From Burkholderiaceae bacterium (GTDB lineage: Bacteria; Pseudomonadota; Gammaproteobacteria; Burkholderiales; Burkholderiaceae_C), in the NCBI GenBank assembly GCA_035554275.1, contig DATMIN010000106.1:1422-65421 (forward strand): a DNA stretch of 64,000 nucleotides, read 5' to 3'. Under the pieces are notes generated by a model. The model saw only the letters and a program-made list of their open reading frames with translations. It made no database searches and was not told where the DNA came from. This document shows, piece by piece, positions 45,378 to 56,700 of this stretch. The translations under genes and the position numbers were made by a program. Numbering within the stretch: the first letter of the stretch is position 1; each line of letters begins with the position of its first letter.

Positions 45378-45965
45378 ATGGACGCATTGTTAGGCTTGGC
45401 CTCGGTGCCGAATCCCTCCTACCGACAGTCTGCTCGCCGATGGCTTGGTGTCGCAGCGCTGCTGACGTTCAGCAGCTGCTCGACTGTTCCGCCGGCTAGT
45501 CGTGAACCGCCGCTTCCGCGCTCGCCGCTCGTCGAGCCGCCGGGTGCCGTCAACGAGGATGTGACGCAAGCCACCATCCGGCACACGATCTGCAGGGCGG
45601 GCTGGACGGCGACGGTCAGGCCTCCCACCGGCTACACCCAACCGCTCAAGCTGAAGATGCTCCGCGAGGCGGGTCTGCCAGCGTCGGAAGCACCGAAGTA
45701 CGAACTCGACCACTTTATTCCGCTGGCACTCGGCGGGCATCCCCGGTCACCGGACAACCTGTGGCTGCAGCGATGGCACGGGGAATGGGGAGCGGGCGTT
45801 AAGGACGTGCTCGAGCGGCGGCTTCAGGTCAGGGTCTGCAACGGAGAGATGGATCTGAGCGTGGCTCGACTGCTGATCCAGCACGATTGGAGGGCCGCAC
45901 TCGTCCGGTACGTTGAGAATGCTCGCGATGTACCGATGGAGGCTGACTTGATGCCCGTTGAGTAG
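45378..45965 (+). CDS. Putative lipoprotein with HNH-like domain
   Basis: Hydrophobic stretch plus SSC; YELDHFIPLALGG...NLWLQ; KD.LE. Confidence 0.75.
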   Translation: MDALLGLASVPNPSYRQSARRWLGVAALLTFSSCSTVPPASREPPLPRSPLVEPPGAVNEDVTQATIRHTICRAGWTATVRPPTGYTQPLKLKMLREAGLPASEAPKYELDHFIPLALGGHPRSPDNLWLQRWHGEWGAGVKDVLERRLQVRVCNGEMDLSVARLLIQHDWRAALVRYVENARDVPMEADLMPVE

Positions 45966-46342
45966 CGCGTTGGCGGGACTTCCGGGTGAGACTGACTGCC
46001 GACCTTCGCCGGTTGGCCTGAAGGTTCGCTTCTCGCCGCACAGCTGACTTCCGTGTCATGCGGTTCTCGAACGTCCGTTATCGACCGGCCCAATTCACCC
46101 TGTCGACCCTGAACAGACAGTCAGGAGTCACAACAGGCGACCAAGAAAGCGGTCACTGGCATTCGCTCTGCAGCAATACCGCGCAATGGCTCATCGACGA
46201 ACTCCGAAGCCTTGAACGTCCCAATCTTCCGAAGATTGAATCTCGCAGCGACGGGACGCACGTGCGGGCAGAAGTCGCCGTTACATCAAACCGGATACCT
46301 GGTCGATCGACCACCTTCATCTTTCGCACAGTTGGGGGGAAG

Positions 46343-47398
46343 TCAATTCGTCGGGATACTCTCCGCAAGCACCTCGACGCGTCGATTCGGAAGCAGACAG
46401 TCCTCGAGGGCCTTCTTGGTCTTGGAGGATGCTGCGCAATCCTGCACGGGCAACTCATCGCCGCGTGCCTGCGTCCGCACCTTCGCGGGGTCGACGCCCA
46501 TTCGCACGAGCATCTCGCGCACCGTTTGCACGCGCCGCTCGGACAGACGCTGGTTGTAGTCACCGTAGCCGGTACCGTTCAGGCGATCGGCGTGACCGCT
46601 CAGGCGCACGGATCCGACCGCGATGCGCCCTTTCGCGATCGCATCGGCCAGTTCGCGCAACGGCCCGAGGCTCGCGCTGTGGATGTCGGCCTCGCCCGAG
46701 CGATCGAATGCGAAGACGACATGCGCGAGCCACTCGACCCGCGCGGGCGCAACCGGCGCGGGCGCGTTCATCGGCACCGCCACGGCGACGGGAGTAGCCA
46801 CCGGCCTGCAGCTTGCGGCCAGGTCTTGCGCGTCGGCGATCAGGTCTTCTGCGATCTGCACATACGGCTTCGCGTGCCGCCACTGCTGCTGGTTGAATTC
46901 GTTGCCCGCATGCACCAGCTCGACTTCGGCGCAGGCGATCTTCTGCTGCGCGCAAAAGAAGCCGGTGTCGCCCTTCAGCGCGCTCGTGACAGCCCACAAG
47001 TCGGGGCGCAGCTTCGCGGCCCCATTGACCAGCGGTGTTTCGAACGACAGTGGCGACTGCTTGCGTTCCATCGCACCGACCAACGACCCGGCCTCGGCGA
47101 GCGCTGCCTGCGGGAATTCGCTGCGATCGTTGCGGGTGTACTCGTGAAAACTCACATCGAGCCAGCACTGCGCCTTCGCGAGGTGGTAGTCGGCAACACG
47201 CCGTCCACCATCGTTCAGCGCCTTGATGCGTGCCTGCATCGCGTCAAAGGTCTGGTGATCGGACTGGATCGCTTCGTCGCCGATGCGCTTCGCGGCCGGC
47301 ACGAGCTGCGCGGCGTTCGTCGGCTGCGCAAGAGCCGGCGCACCGCTTGAAGCCGCGATCAGCAAGGCGAGCGCGATGAGGGAATGGTCGAGGTTCAT
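46343..47398 (-). CDS. OmpA-family peptidoglycan-binding protein
   Basis: Signal peptide; FAFDRS, GHADR, YNQRLSERR, NRRVEV motifs. Confidence 0.92.
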   Translation of the reverse strand: MNLDHSLIALALLIAASSGAPALAQPTNAAQLVPAAKRIGDEAIQSDHQTFDAMQARIKALNDGGRRVADYHLAKAQCWLDVSFHEYTRNDRSEFPQAALAEAGSLVGAMERKQSPLSFETPLVNGAAKLRPDLWAVTSALKGDTGFFCAQQKIACAEVELVHAGNEFNQQQWRHAKPYVQIAEDLIADAQDLAASCRPVATPVAVAVPMNAPAPVAPARVEWLAHVVFAFDRSGEADIHSASLGPLRELADAIAKGRIAVGSVRLSGHADRLNGTGYGDYNQRLSERRVQTVREMLVRMGVDPAKVRTQARGDELPVQDCAASSKTKKALEDCLLPNRRVEVLAESIPTN

Positions 47399-47442
47399 GG
47401 TGTCATGTCGCGATAGGTTGGTCGGCATGGGGCCGCTTGTGG

Positions 47443-50400
47443 TCAGCGGTCCAGAGCGCGGTTCACGTTCGGGTCCTTGCCGCGCCACAAGGTCTCGTCG
47501 AACTTGAAGCGCAGGCGGATGTAGGCGCCGCGCTGCGTATATTCGTATCCGGTGAGGTCGGAGTCGCCCTTGAAGCCGGTGGCATTCACGCCGACCGACA
47601 GCCACAGGTTCTGCTTCAGCAGGTAGCCGACCTCGGCGCCAAACGCGCTCTGGCGCGCACCGAGCTGGCCAAACTGCGTGGCCGCGAGCAGTCCGACATC
47701 CCAGTTCTCTGTCACGTCGTAGACGACGCGGCCGGACAGCAGCACCGCACGGAAGCTGTCGTTCACACCGCCCTCGAAGCGGTCGCGCTGCCACTTCGCG
47801 GCCAGGCGACCGGTCATCCACCACGGGCGCGACGGATGGAAGTCGCCGACCATCGACGCGATCCAGGCCTGCGACCGCAGCTCGCCGGCCGCCGCGTCGC
47901 TCGCGTCGCGCTCGAGCTTGTGCTCGATCTTCGCCAACGCGTTAACGCGGTTGGTGTCGGTATCGCGATAGGCGACGCCGATCTGCGCGCGGTCCTGAAC
48001 GACATCGCCACGGCTCGCATAGCGGGTCAGCAGCAGGTAGTTTCGCCCGAGCAGCGTCCAGTCGCGATCGAGCTTGCGCGCGACCAGGGCCTGCCACAAG
48101 GTCGTGTTGAAGGCTTCGTTGTCGGCCGTGCCGTCGACGTCACCGGAGCGCCGGAACTCGACCTTGGTGCTGCCCTTCCACAGCGGGTTCGCCGTGTAGT
48201 CGACACCGACGCTGACGGCGTCCGCGGTGGCGGTCTGCCCCGACAGGACCTCGACGCGCTCGTATCCCGTGCTCAGGCGCAGCCCTTCGGCGAGATTCCA
48301 GCCGGTGCGCACGCCGGATGCGATCTCGAGATCGCGCCCGCTGATCGCGTCGCGCAGCCGGTACTCGCTGAAGGCCTGCGTGTCCTGCGTCGCGCTCGTG
48401 TTCACGCCGAACACGAACGCGTTCGCATTGCGCCCGGTCGATGTGACGCCGGCGCTGTCGACCCAGCCGCTCTGGTGTTCGTAGCGGCCGTAGGCCTTCG
48501 TGCGTTCGCCGAGCTGGTAGTCGCCGCCCACCGATTGGCGCCGCCGTGCGTCGCCGGAGATGTCTTGCTCGACCTCGCCGCCGAGCGTGAAGCGGTCGGT
48601 CACCCGGTAGCCGGCGCCGAGGCGAACGCCGTCGCTCGCGAGCTTCGTGCCGGCAGGCAGATCTGTGACCGAGTTCGCAAGGCCGCCCTGCGTGATGATC
48701 GGCAAGCCGGTGGCCGGGTCGATCGATTGATTGCCGAAGCCGAGCGCGCCACCGCCCGAGCCGCTGCCGATGCTGCCGCCGAGGCCCGCGGTCGAGCCGA
48801 ACGGCGCCGTCAGCAGGCCGTTGCCCTGCGTGCCGATCGTCTCGCGTTCGGAGCGCAGGCCAGCGTCGAGCGTCAGCCGTTCGGTCGCGGCCCAGCGCAG
48901 GCCGACGCCGGCCACCGTCTTCTTGCCGCCGCCGTCGGTCAGGTCTTCGCTCGAAAGGTACTCGGCGTAGGCACTGAGCGTTTGGGTCAGCTTGTGCTTG
49001 GCCTTGACGTTTGCTTCCGCGCGGCCCCCGTTGAGGGGTGCCGCCGCATTGTTGAAGTCGGCCGATGCGCGCCCGACAAACGCGCGCACCTCGTCGGTGT
49101 CGTCTTCGTGTGCGAACTCGACACGCCAGGCCTTGCCCTCGATCTCGCCGACCTTGTTTGCGAGCGCCGGCGTGACGGTCTGGTTCGTCGGATTGGTGTT
49201 GACCGTGCTCGAGCTGCGCGCGACTTCGGCGACCAGCGCGGTCTTCGGACCGAACCGCAGCGTCGCGTTTGCGCTTTCGAGCTCGTACGGGGCTAGCTCG
49301 TTGCGGTCCGTGACCACCGAACCGCCGATCTCCAGCATGCCGTTGACGCGGTACTGCGCATCGGCACCACCAACCCAGAAGCGTTCGCCGCCCTGGTCGA
49401 CTTCGTAGGTGACGCGCAGTGACACCGGGTTCAGGTTCTCGTCGAATGCCGACAGGAAGCTCGTCAACAGGATGCGGCCCGAGAACGGCTCGAAGGTGTA
49501 GTCCACCAGGCGCTGCAACGCGCGCACGCTGACGATGCGCGACGGCTGCGAGCGATCTCGCACGATCACCTCGATCTTCTCGCTGCCTTCGAGTACCGCG
49601 TTGTTGCGCAGCCCGTACGGCCCCGAACCCTGGCTTGCGAACTCTTCGACGACCTGGCGCAGCGAGTCGTTGAACACGAACGCGCTGCCGGTGAAGCCGT
49701 CCTTCTCGTGATGCACTCGCACGCCGGTCGCGGTGCGGTTGTAGGCACCGAGGCTGCGCTGCTTCAGCGATGCGACCGCGCCCTGCCCGATCGGCTGCGT
49801 GAAGCCGTCGCCGGTCACGAAGTCGCCGTAGAGCACGTAGCTCTTGTCCTTGTCGACGCGCACGTAGAGCCGATCGGCCGAGCGTGCGTCGAAGCTGCGC
49901 AGCGACGCATCGCCGTAGACCGGGTACATCTCGTCCGGCCGCACGTCGCGCAGCAGACGAGCGCGCGTGTCCTTGTCGGAATCGTAGGCGGCGGTCAGCA
50001 GGTACTCGCCACTCACCGTGCCCTTCAGATAGAACGCGGTGCGCGCGCTGGCATTGGCCTTGCCGCCGTTGAACTGGCGCGACCAGGCCTGGATCTCCTG
50101 ATCGAAACCGTCGTTGCTGCGCGCCGGCTGGATCACGCTGCCGCCATGGCGATTGAAGTTGATCACGCCTTCGATCAGGCCGGCAGCGACCATGTCACGC
50201 ATCTCGGGCACGAAGCTGATCACGCCCGAGGCCTGCTCGGTGCCGGCGGTCACACGCAGCCGCACGTCCTGCGCCTCGAACGGCGCGAGCAGCGTGAACT
50301 CGGCTTCGCCGCCTTCGACCTTCAGCTGAACGCCCGGCACGGCGCGATCGGCGTCCTGGCGCCGCGGGCCGAGCTCGTCGGTGCGTGCGTTCGGCAGCAG

Positions 50401-50799
50401 CACGCGTCCGCCCGAATGTTCGATCGTCAGGAATGCAGTGGCCTTCAACAGCGCGCCGTCGCGTCCGTAGACACGCACTTTCAGCTTGACCGGACTCTGG
50501 CCGTCGGCCGGCACCGCGTTGCGGTCCGCTTCGACCACGAGGCGTCCGACGGCCGCGTTGGCCGCGTAGTTACCGACCAGGAAGACCTTCGGTAGCGCAT
50601 CGTTCTCGTTCGAGCGCGGATACAGCGCCGGTACGCTGGCGGTCGGCTCGGTGTAGCGCACATCGGTGGGCGAGCCTGCCGGCGGCGCCGATTGCGCGGC
50701 AACGCACAGCGGGAACGCTGCGCCAAGCGCAAGCATCAGTTGGCGGCGCATCAGGTGATGCTTGGGTTGACGTTTTGGGTGACGATCAGCGCGCCGCAT
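47443..50799 (-). CDS. Large outer-membrane beta-barrel protein with Ig-like N-terminus (1118 aa)
   Basis: GGAGG RBS; signal peptide; amphipathic strands; terminal GAYIRLRFKFDE. Confidence 0.85.
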   Translation of the reverse strand: MRRADRHPKRQPKHHLMRRQLMLALGAAFPLCVAAQSAPPAGSPTDVRYTEPTASVPALYPRSNENDALPKVFLVGNYAANAAVGRLVVEADRNAVPADGQSPVKLKVRVYGRDGALLKATAFLTIEHSGGRVLLPNARTDELGPRRQDADRAVPGVQLKVEGGEAEFTLLAPFEAQDVRLRVTAGTEQASGVISFVPEMRDMVAAGLIEGVINFNRHGGSVIQPARSNDGFDQEIQAWSRQFNGGKANASARTAFYLKGTVSGEYLLTAAYDSDKDTRARLLRDVRPDEMYPVYGDASLRSFDARSADRLYVRVDKDKSYVLYGDFVTGDGFTQPIGQGAVASLKQRSLGAYNRTATGVRVHHEKDGFTGSAFVFNDSLRQVVEEFASQGSGPYGLRNNAVLEGSEKIEVIVRDRSQPSRIVSVRALQRLVDYTFEPFSGRILLTSFLSAFDENLNPVSLRVTYEVDQGGERFWVGGADAQYRVNGMLEIGGSVVTDRNELAPYELESANATLRFGPKTALVAEVARSSSTVNTNPTNQTVTPALANKVGEIEGKAWRVEFAHEDDTDEVRAFVGRASADFNNAAAPLNGGRAEANVKAKHKLTQTLSAYAEYLSSEDLTDGGGKKTVAGVGLRWAATERLTLDAGLRSERETIGTQGNGLLTAPFGSTAGLGGSIGSGSGGGALGFGNQSIDPATGLPIITQGGLANSVTDLPAGTKLASDGVRLGAGYRVTDRFTLGGEVEQDISGDARRRQSVGGDYQLGERTKAYGRYEHQSGWVDSAGVTSTGRNANAFVFGVNTSATQDTQAFSEYRLRDAISGRDLEIASGVRTGWNLAEGLRLSTGYERVEVLSGQTATADAVSVGVDYTANPLWKGSTKVEFRRSGDVDGTADNEAFNTTLWQALVARKLDRDWTLLGRNYLLLTRYASRGDVVQDRAQIGVAYRDTDTNRVNALAKIEHKLERDASDAAAGELRSQAWIASMVGDFHPSRPWWMTGRLAAKWQRDRFEGGVNDSFRAVLLSGRVVYDVTENWDVGLLAATQFGQLGARQSAFGAEVGYLLKQNLWLSVGVNATGFKGDSDLTGYEYTQRGAYIRLRFKFDETLWRGKDPNVNRALDR

Positions 50800-53700
50800 C
50801 GGAACCTCCCTTGGTTTCGGTGGCGGTGGTCGATGTCGACGGCGATCCAGGTGGTGGTGGTGGAGGTGGTGGTCCGGATGACGATGACGCTGGCGCCGCG
50901 GCGCGCGCCTTCGGCACGGTCTGGTTCGCGCCGTCCGTGCCTTGCTGCGGCGAGCTCGTGCTGGACAGGCCATGCGCCTTGCTGTCGAAGCGCAGCGCAG
51001 GGCCCTTCTTCTCCGCTTCGGGCGCGCGCACTTCGCCTTGCGCGCGGCGCGCCTTCGTCTGTTCGAGCACCGGGTTCGAGCAGCTGCCTTCGATGAAGTC
51101 GGCGCGGTGCAACTCACCGTTCTTCAGGTCGAGCCACAGGCTGTTCGCATCGCCGAGGTTGCGGTTGCTCGACGTGACCAGACGTGAGCCGCGTGGCAGC
51201 GTCGAAGAGTCGACCTTCAGCACCGCGCTGCGCGGCGGCAGGCCGCAGTAGCTGTACTTGCCTTCGGAGTCGGAGACAAGCGTCGTGCCGTCCTGCAGCA
51301 GCAGCCGCACGCCGGGGATGCCGAGCTCCTCGCGGTCCTGGATCTGGTTGCCGTTGCAGTCGACGAAGATCTTGCCGGCCACACAGGCTTCCGGTGCGAA
51401 CACACCGCCGGTGACACGCACCTGGTGCTGCGCCTCGTTGGTCGCGAGGCTCGAAGCGAGCGGCGTGAACGCGGCGGTCAGGCAACCCGACGGCACGCCG
51501 CAGGCATAGCCGATCGCGCGGTTGATGCCGTCACCCTGCTGGCTGCCCACGCCGACACGCAGCCGGTACTGCAGCAGGAACTTGCCGTCCGCCGGCATCG
51601 GGCCGAGGTTGAACGCGAGCCGCGGCCCGGGCCCCCCGATCGGATCGGCGATGGCCACGCCGTTCACCGAGGCGGTTCCCTTGATGAAGGTGAAGCCGGC
51701 CGGCAGGCGGTCGAGCACCGTCAGCTGGCGCGGCAGTTCACCCGAGGTGAGCTGCACCGCGATGCTGTAGCGCACGCTGTCGCCGACTTCGGCGACCGAC
51801 TTGTCGCCGGTCTTGCTCAGCGAGATGCCGTTCGGCAGCGCCGGGTCGAGCGGGATGTGGTTGTGGACGATGTTCGCGCCAGCCGAGCCGCTGATCAAGC
51901 CGAGGTGGTACGTGGTCGCCGTGCCGACCGCGCCGGTCGGCGCCGTCGGTTGCGGCTGCACGGCGTAGGTACTGCCGGTCGCGCCCGGGGGCGTCAGCGA
52001 TCCGGCTTGCGGCGGAATCAGTTTCGAGACGAAGGTGTAGCCGGCCGGTGGCGTCACGCTCAGGCCGAACTGGCACGAGGCCGGTGCAGAGGCCGCGAAC
52101 AGGAACTGGTAGAAGCCGCTCGCGCCGACCGTCATCGAGATCGCGCTGCCGTTGACGCTGTAGCCGCCGAGGCTCGCGCCGACGACGGAGCTCGCCGGAT
52201 TCCAACCGGCGCACACGCCGGTGGGCGCCAGCGTGACCACGGCACCCGCAACCGGCGTCCGCACGCCGGCGTCATAGACGACGCCGCTGGGATCGACCGG
52301 AAGGCTTTGCTGCGTCAGATCCTGGCCCGCCGCCAGCACGACGCCGAGCTGCGGATTCGTGCCCTTGTCGACGCACGAGCTGCTCGTGCCGTTGGCAAGC
52401 GCTTGAGACGGATTGCAGCTCGCACCCGATGAGCCAGGCGACAGGTCGCCGTTGACCGGATAGCCGAACACCACACCCGACTGCGGCTCACGGAAGCGCA
52501 CCGCGAGTGCAACGCCGGGCAGCAGGTCGGGCACGCGATAGCTGCCGTCCGTGCCGGTCACCGCGCGGGCGACGATCGTGTTGTCGGTGGTGTTCACCAC
52601 CTCGACCTGCCAGTCGGCCAAGCGGGTGTCGCCGCCATCGAGCAGCGACGGCACGCTGCCGCCGTCGTACCAGACGGTGCCGGCCAGCGATGCCGAAAGT
52701 TGCACGACGGTGGGATCGCGGCACACGTTGTGAGAGATCGCCGGGCTGCACACCGGCAGCGAGGCCGGGTTGTTGATCGCGGCATCGCGCTCGGCGGTCG
52801 TCGGCCGGCGCGCATCGAGCTCGCCGCCGCCTTCGACCAGCACGACGTTGTGAACCGGCGAATTCGTCGCCGCCTGCGGACCGACCGTGACCGACACGTC
52901 GATCGCGGTTGGGTTCGCCGCACCGGACGCGATCACCGTGTTCGCGCTGCAGCTGAACACGCTCGCACCGGCCGCACCGACGCAGCTCCAGCCGGCACCG
53001 CTGGGCGTTGCCGCCAGCGTCAGGCCAACAGGCAGCCGGTCCGTGACGGTGTAGTCGCCCGTCGTCGCCAACTCGCCCGCGTTGCGCACACGGATGCGAT
53101 ACGACGCGGCGTTGTGCACCGTGAAGCGTGGCAGCGCATGGTCCTTGCTCACCAGCAGATCGGGCGAGTTGCCGATCTCGCCGAAATTGTTCTGCGTCGA
53201 ATTCACTCCCGGCGCAAGAACGATCGCGGTGATCGCCGACGGCGTGACCGACGGCGTCGTCGGGTTGCCGCCGGCACTGCCAGCGCTCGTGATGCCGTTG
53301 GTCGTGCCGCCGGGTTGCTGCGGTTCGGTGACCGCATAGGTGCCCGGACGCAGCGACGCGAACGTGTAGCCGCTGTCGGCTGCGGTCGTCGTCGTCAGGT
53401 TGACCGGCGCGCCGAGGTCGTCGGTGCCGCTCAGCGTGATCGTTACGCCGGCCAGGCCGGTCTCACCAGCATCGATGCTGCCGTTGTTGTTGTTGTCGCC
53501 GTAGACGCGGCCGGCGATGCTGCCGGTCGGGACCTCGCCGAACAGATTCGCCACCGAGTTCTGGCCGACGCCGAGCGTGATCGTGCTGATCGCACTCGGC
53601 AGCGTAGCCACATTGGTGGCGGTGCCGCTGGTGGAGCCGCCGATGGTGCCGGCGATCGTGCGGCCGTTCAGCGTGCCGGTCGGCTGGGTCGGTTCGCGCA

Positions 53701-56700
53701 GCGTGTACACGCCGGGCGCGAGCGTGCCGAACGAGAACACACCGGTCGAATCGGTCGTGGTCGTGCGCGAGACGGGGCCGTTCGTGTCGGTGCCGGTCAG
53801 CTCGATCGTCACGCCGGCGATGCCGCCTTCGCTCGCATCGATGCTGCCGTTATTGTTTGCATCCAGCCAGACGCGGCCGGCGATCGCGCTCGAGCTCGGA
53901 ATTTCGGCGAAGTTGTTCGCGCTCGCGTTCGCGGCGGCCGTCAGCACGATGCCGCTGATTGCGCTCGGGAGCGTCGCGACGCCGGTCGCGCTGCCGCCGC
54001 CGGTGCCAGGGATGGTCAAGCCGTTGCTCGAGCCTGCAGGTTGCGTCGGCTCGGTGACCGTGTAGGTGCCGGGCAGCAGGTTCGCGAAGCTGTAGCTGCC
54101 GTCGGCCGCCGTCGTGGTCGTGCGATTGATCGTCGCGTTGGTCGCGTCCGTGCCGGTCAGCACGATCGTCACGCCGGCCAGGCCGATGTCGCCCGGCAGG
54201 TTCTGCACGCCGTTGTTGTTGACGTCGGCGAACACGAAGCCGCTGATCGTCGAGACCTGCTGCTCGCCGAAGTTGAACTGCGTGCCGTCGGTGCCGGCGC
54301 CCAGATCGATCGCAGTAATGCGGTCGGTGCCGGCGCTCGGCGCGTTCGGCTGCGCCGTGCAGCCGCTCGCGCATGCCGCGCCATTGACGAGGCCTGGGTT
54401 CACCGGCCCGTTCGCGAGACCGGCGGGGGATGACGGCAGCGGCTCCTCGAGCGTGTATGCGATCAGCGGATCGAGGTTCGCGAAGGTGTAGGCGCCGGTG
54501 CCGTCGGTCGTCGTCGTGGCGACGAGCGCGAGCGTGTTCGCGTTCAGCAGCCGCACGGTGGCGCCGGCGATCGCGCTGTCGACGCCGGGGTTGCGAACGT
54601 TGTTCAGGTTGATGTCGACGTAGACGAAGCCGGACAGACTGGGCTGGCGCACTTCCGGAAAGTCGTAGCCGGTGCCACTCGTGTTCGCTGCGAGCGCGAT
54701 CGCGCCGTAGCTCGAATTGCCCGCGCTGCCTCCGCCTGCGTAGGCGCCGCCCGCGGCCGGCGCCGGCGGAGCGGTGGGGCCATTGACGAAGCTTGTCGGC
54801 TGCGTTTCGGTGACGGTGTAGCCACTGGCATCGGCCGGCGACAGGTTCGTGAAGCTGTAGTTGCCGCTCGCGTCGGTCGTCGTGCTCTGCGACACCGGAT
54901 TGCCATAGGCATCGGTGCCCGAAAGTTGCACGGCAACACCCGCAATGCGCGGCTCGACGGCCGGGGCCTGCGGCGTGCCGGCGTTCGCGCCGGCGCGGTC
55001 GCGGTCCTGGAACACGGTGCCGGCGATCGACGAGCGCTGCACGGTCAGTGGTGCGCAGATCGAAACGCTGTTGGCGCTGTTCGGGTCGACCTCGCTGGTG
55101 CTTGCGCTCGCGCAGTTCTGCGTGAGGCCGCCGCTCGGATAGGTGGTCACACGTGCAGGCACCGTGACGGTCACGTTCCTGCCGGCCGAGAGCACGCCGA
55201 AGGCGCAGGTCATTGTCTGGCCCGCAACGCTGCAGGTGCCGGTCGCGCCGCCGCCGCTGATCGCCCAGGTCGGCGTACCGGCGCCGAACACCATGCCAGC
55301 GGGCAGCGTGTCGGTCAGGCCGGTGGTCTGGCTGTCGCCGGGACCGGCGTTGCTGACCACGACGCTCCAGGTGAAGGGCTCGCGCAGTTGCACCGGGTTC
55401 GACGACGGCGTCTTGACGATCGACAGGTCGGCGCGCACGCGCACCGTGGTTGTCTCGCCCTCGGTGTTGTTGGAGGTGTTGGAGTCCGTCTCGTTGAGGA
55501 TCGCGGTCGCGCTGGTCGTGTAGGTGTCGCCGCCGGTGTTCGGCGCCGTACCGACGCGGAAGACGAGGTGGCGCGTGACCGACGCTGCGTTCGCGAGCAG
55601 GCCAGGGGCGGTGTACAGGCAGGTCACCGTCAATGTCGCCGGACCGGTCACCGAGCTGCCGACCTGGTCGCACAGGCTGCCGGCGATCGTGCCGCTCGGG
55701 TTCGCCGCCGCGACACCGGCTGCCGCGCCGTCGCCGCGGAACGTGATCGTCTTGCCGACCGGCGGGCTCATCGTGAACGTGAAGCCGACGCCGGATGCGA
55801 GCGACGGGCCGTTATTCGATGCGACGACTGCGTAGGTGATGTCGTTGTTCGCCGGGACCGACGGGTCGAATCCCAGCGGGTCGACCAAGTCGCTGTCGTT
55901 GATCAGCATGTCGACCTGCGCCGGGCTGATGTTCAGCGTCTGCGACTTGCTGTTCGATGCACTGCCCTGGCCGCCGACGCTGTCTTCCGCGGTCGTCGTG
56001 CCGACGGTCGCGGTGTTGGCCAGCGTGCGCGCAGCACTGCCCGACTGCCAGTTCGGCCGCACCGTGACGGTCACGGTCCGCGTGTCGCCGTTCGTGACGA
56101 CCGCGCCCCAGTTGCAGGTGATGGTCGGCGCACCCGACGAATAGCTCGTGCCGGCGGTCAGGCCGGAGCAGGAGCCCCCGTTCGACGCCGTCGCCGAGAC
56201 GAAGGTGAAGCCGGTGTCGCCACCGGGAACGGTGAACACGTCGCTCAGCGACAGGTTCGCCGCAGAGGATGGGCCGTTGTTGCGCAGCGTGATCGTGTAG
56301 ATCGCGTTCGTGCCGGCAAGCACCGGGTTCGCCGCCAGCAACTTGGAGACAACTTCGACATCGGCGATCGGATCGATCGTGATCGGCAACGAGGTCGAGT
56401 TGTCGCTCGGCAGCGGGTCGCCCTGCGCGCTCGACACCGCGCTTGCGTTCGCATTGAACGTGCCGTCGGCCATCGCCCGGTTCGCGGCGACGGTGAACGT
56501 GACCACATCGCCCGGGCTGAGTTGCGTACCGCCGGTCTGCGTGCAGACGACGTTGGCGGTGCTGCCGGTTCCGGTGCCGGTGCACGAGAAGGTGGCGTTC
56601 GACGTGCCGCTGGTGTTGGTCAGGACGGTGGCGTTCAGCGTCACGTTGGTGGCGGTCGTGCGGCCGGGGATGCTCAGCGTCACGACGACGTTGTTCGCAT

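Larger units (their letters stand above)
15700..45965. mobile_element. Integrative mobilisable element at tRNA-Arg (right boundary not located; may extend to ~59 kb or beyond)
   Basis: tRNA-adjacent integrase, leading-region genes, stb/oriT/mobC/relaxase; no T4SS or coupling protein seen. Confidence 0.75.

Noticed and set aside
46058-47350. 430-aa plus-strand ORF
   Set aside because: Antisense shadow of the OmpA gene
50848-50875. GGT/CCA triplet repeat as a phase-variable tract
   Set aside because: Encodes a poly-Pro linker at the adhesin C-terminus; in-frame and imperfect
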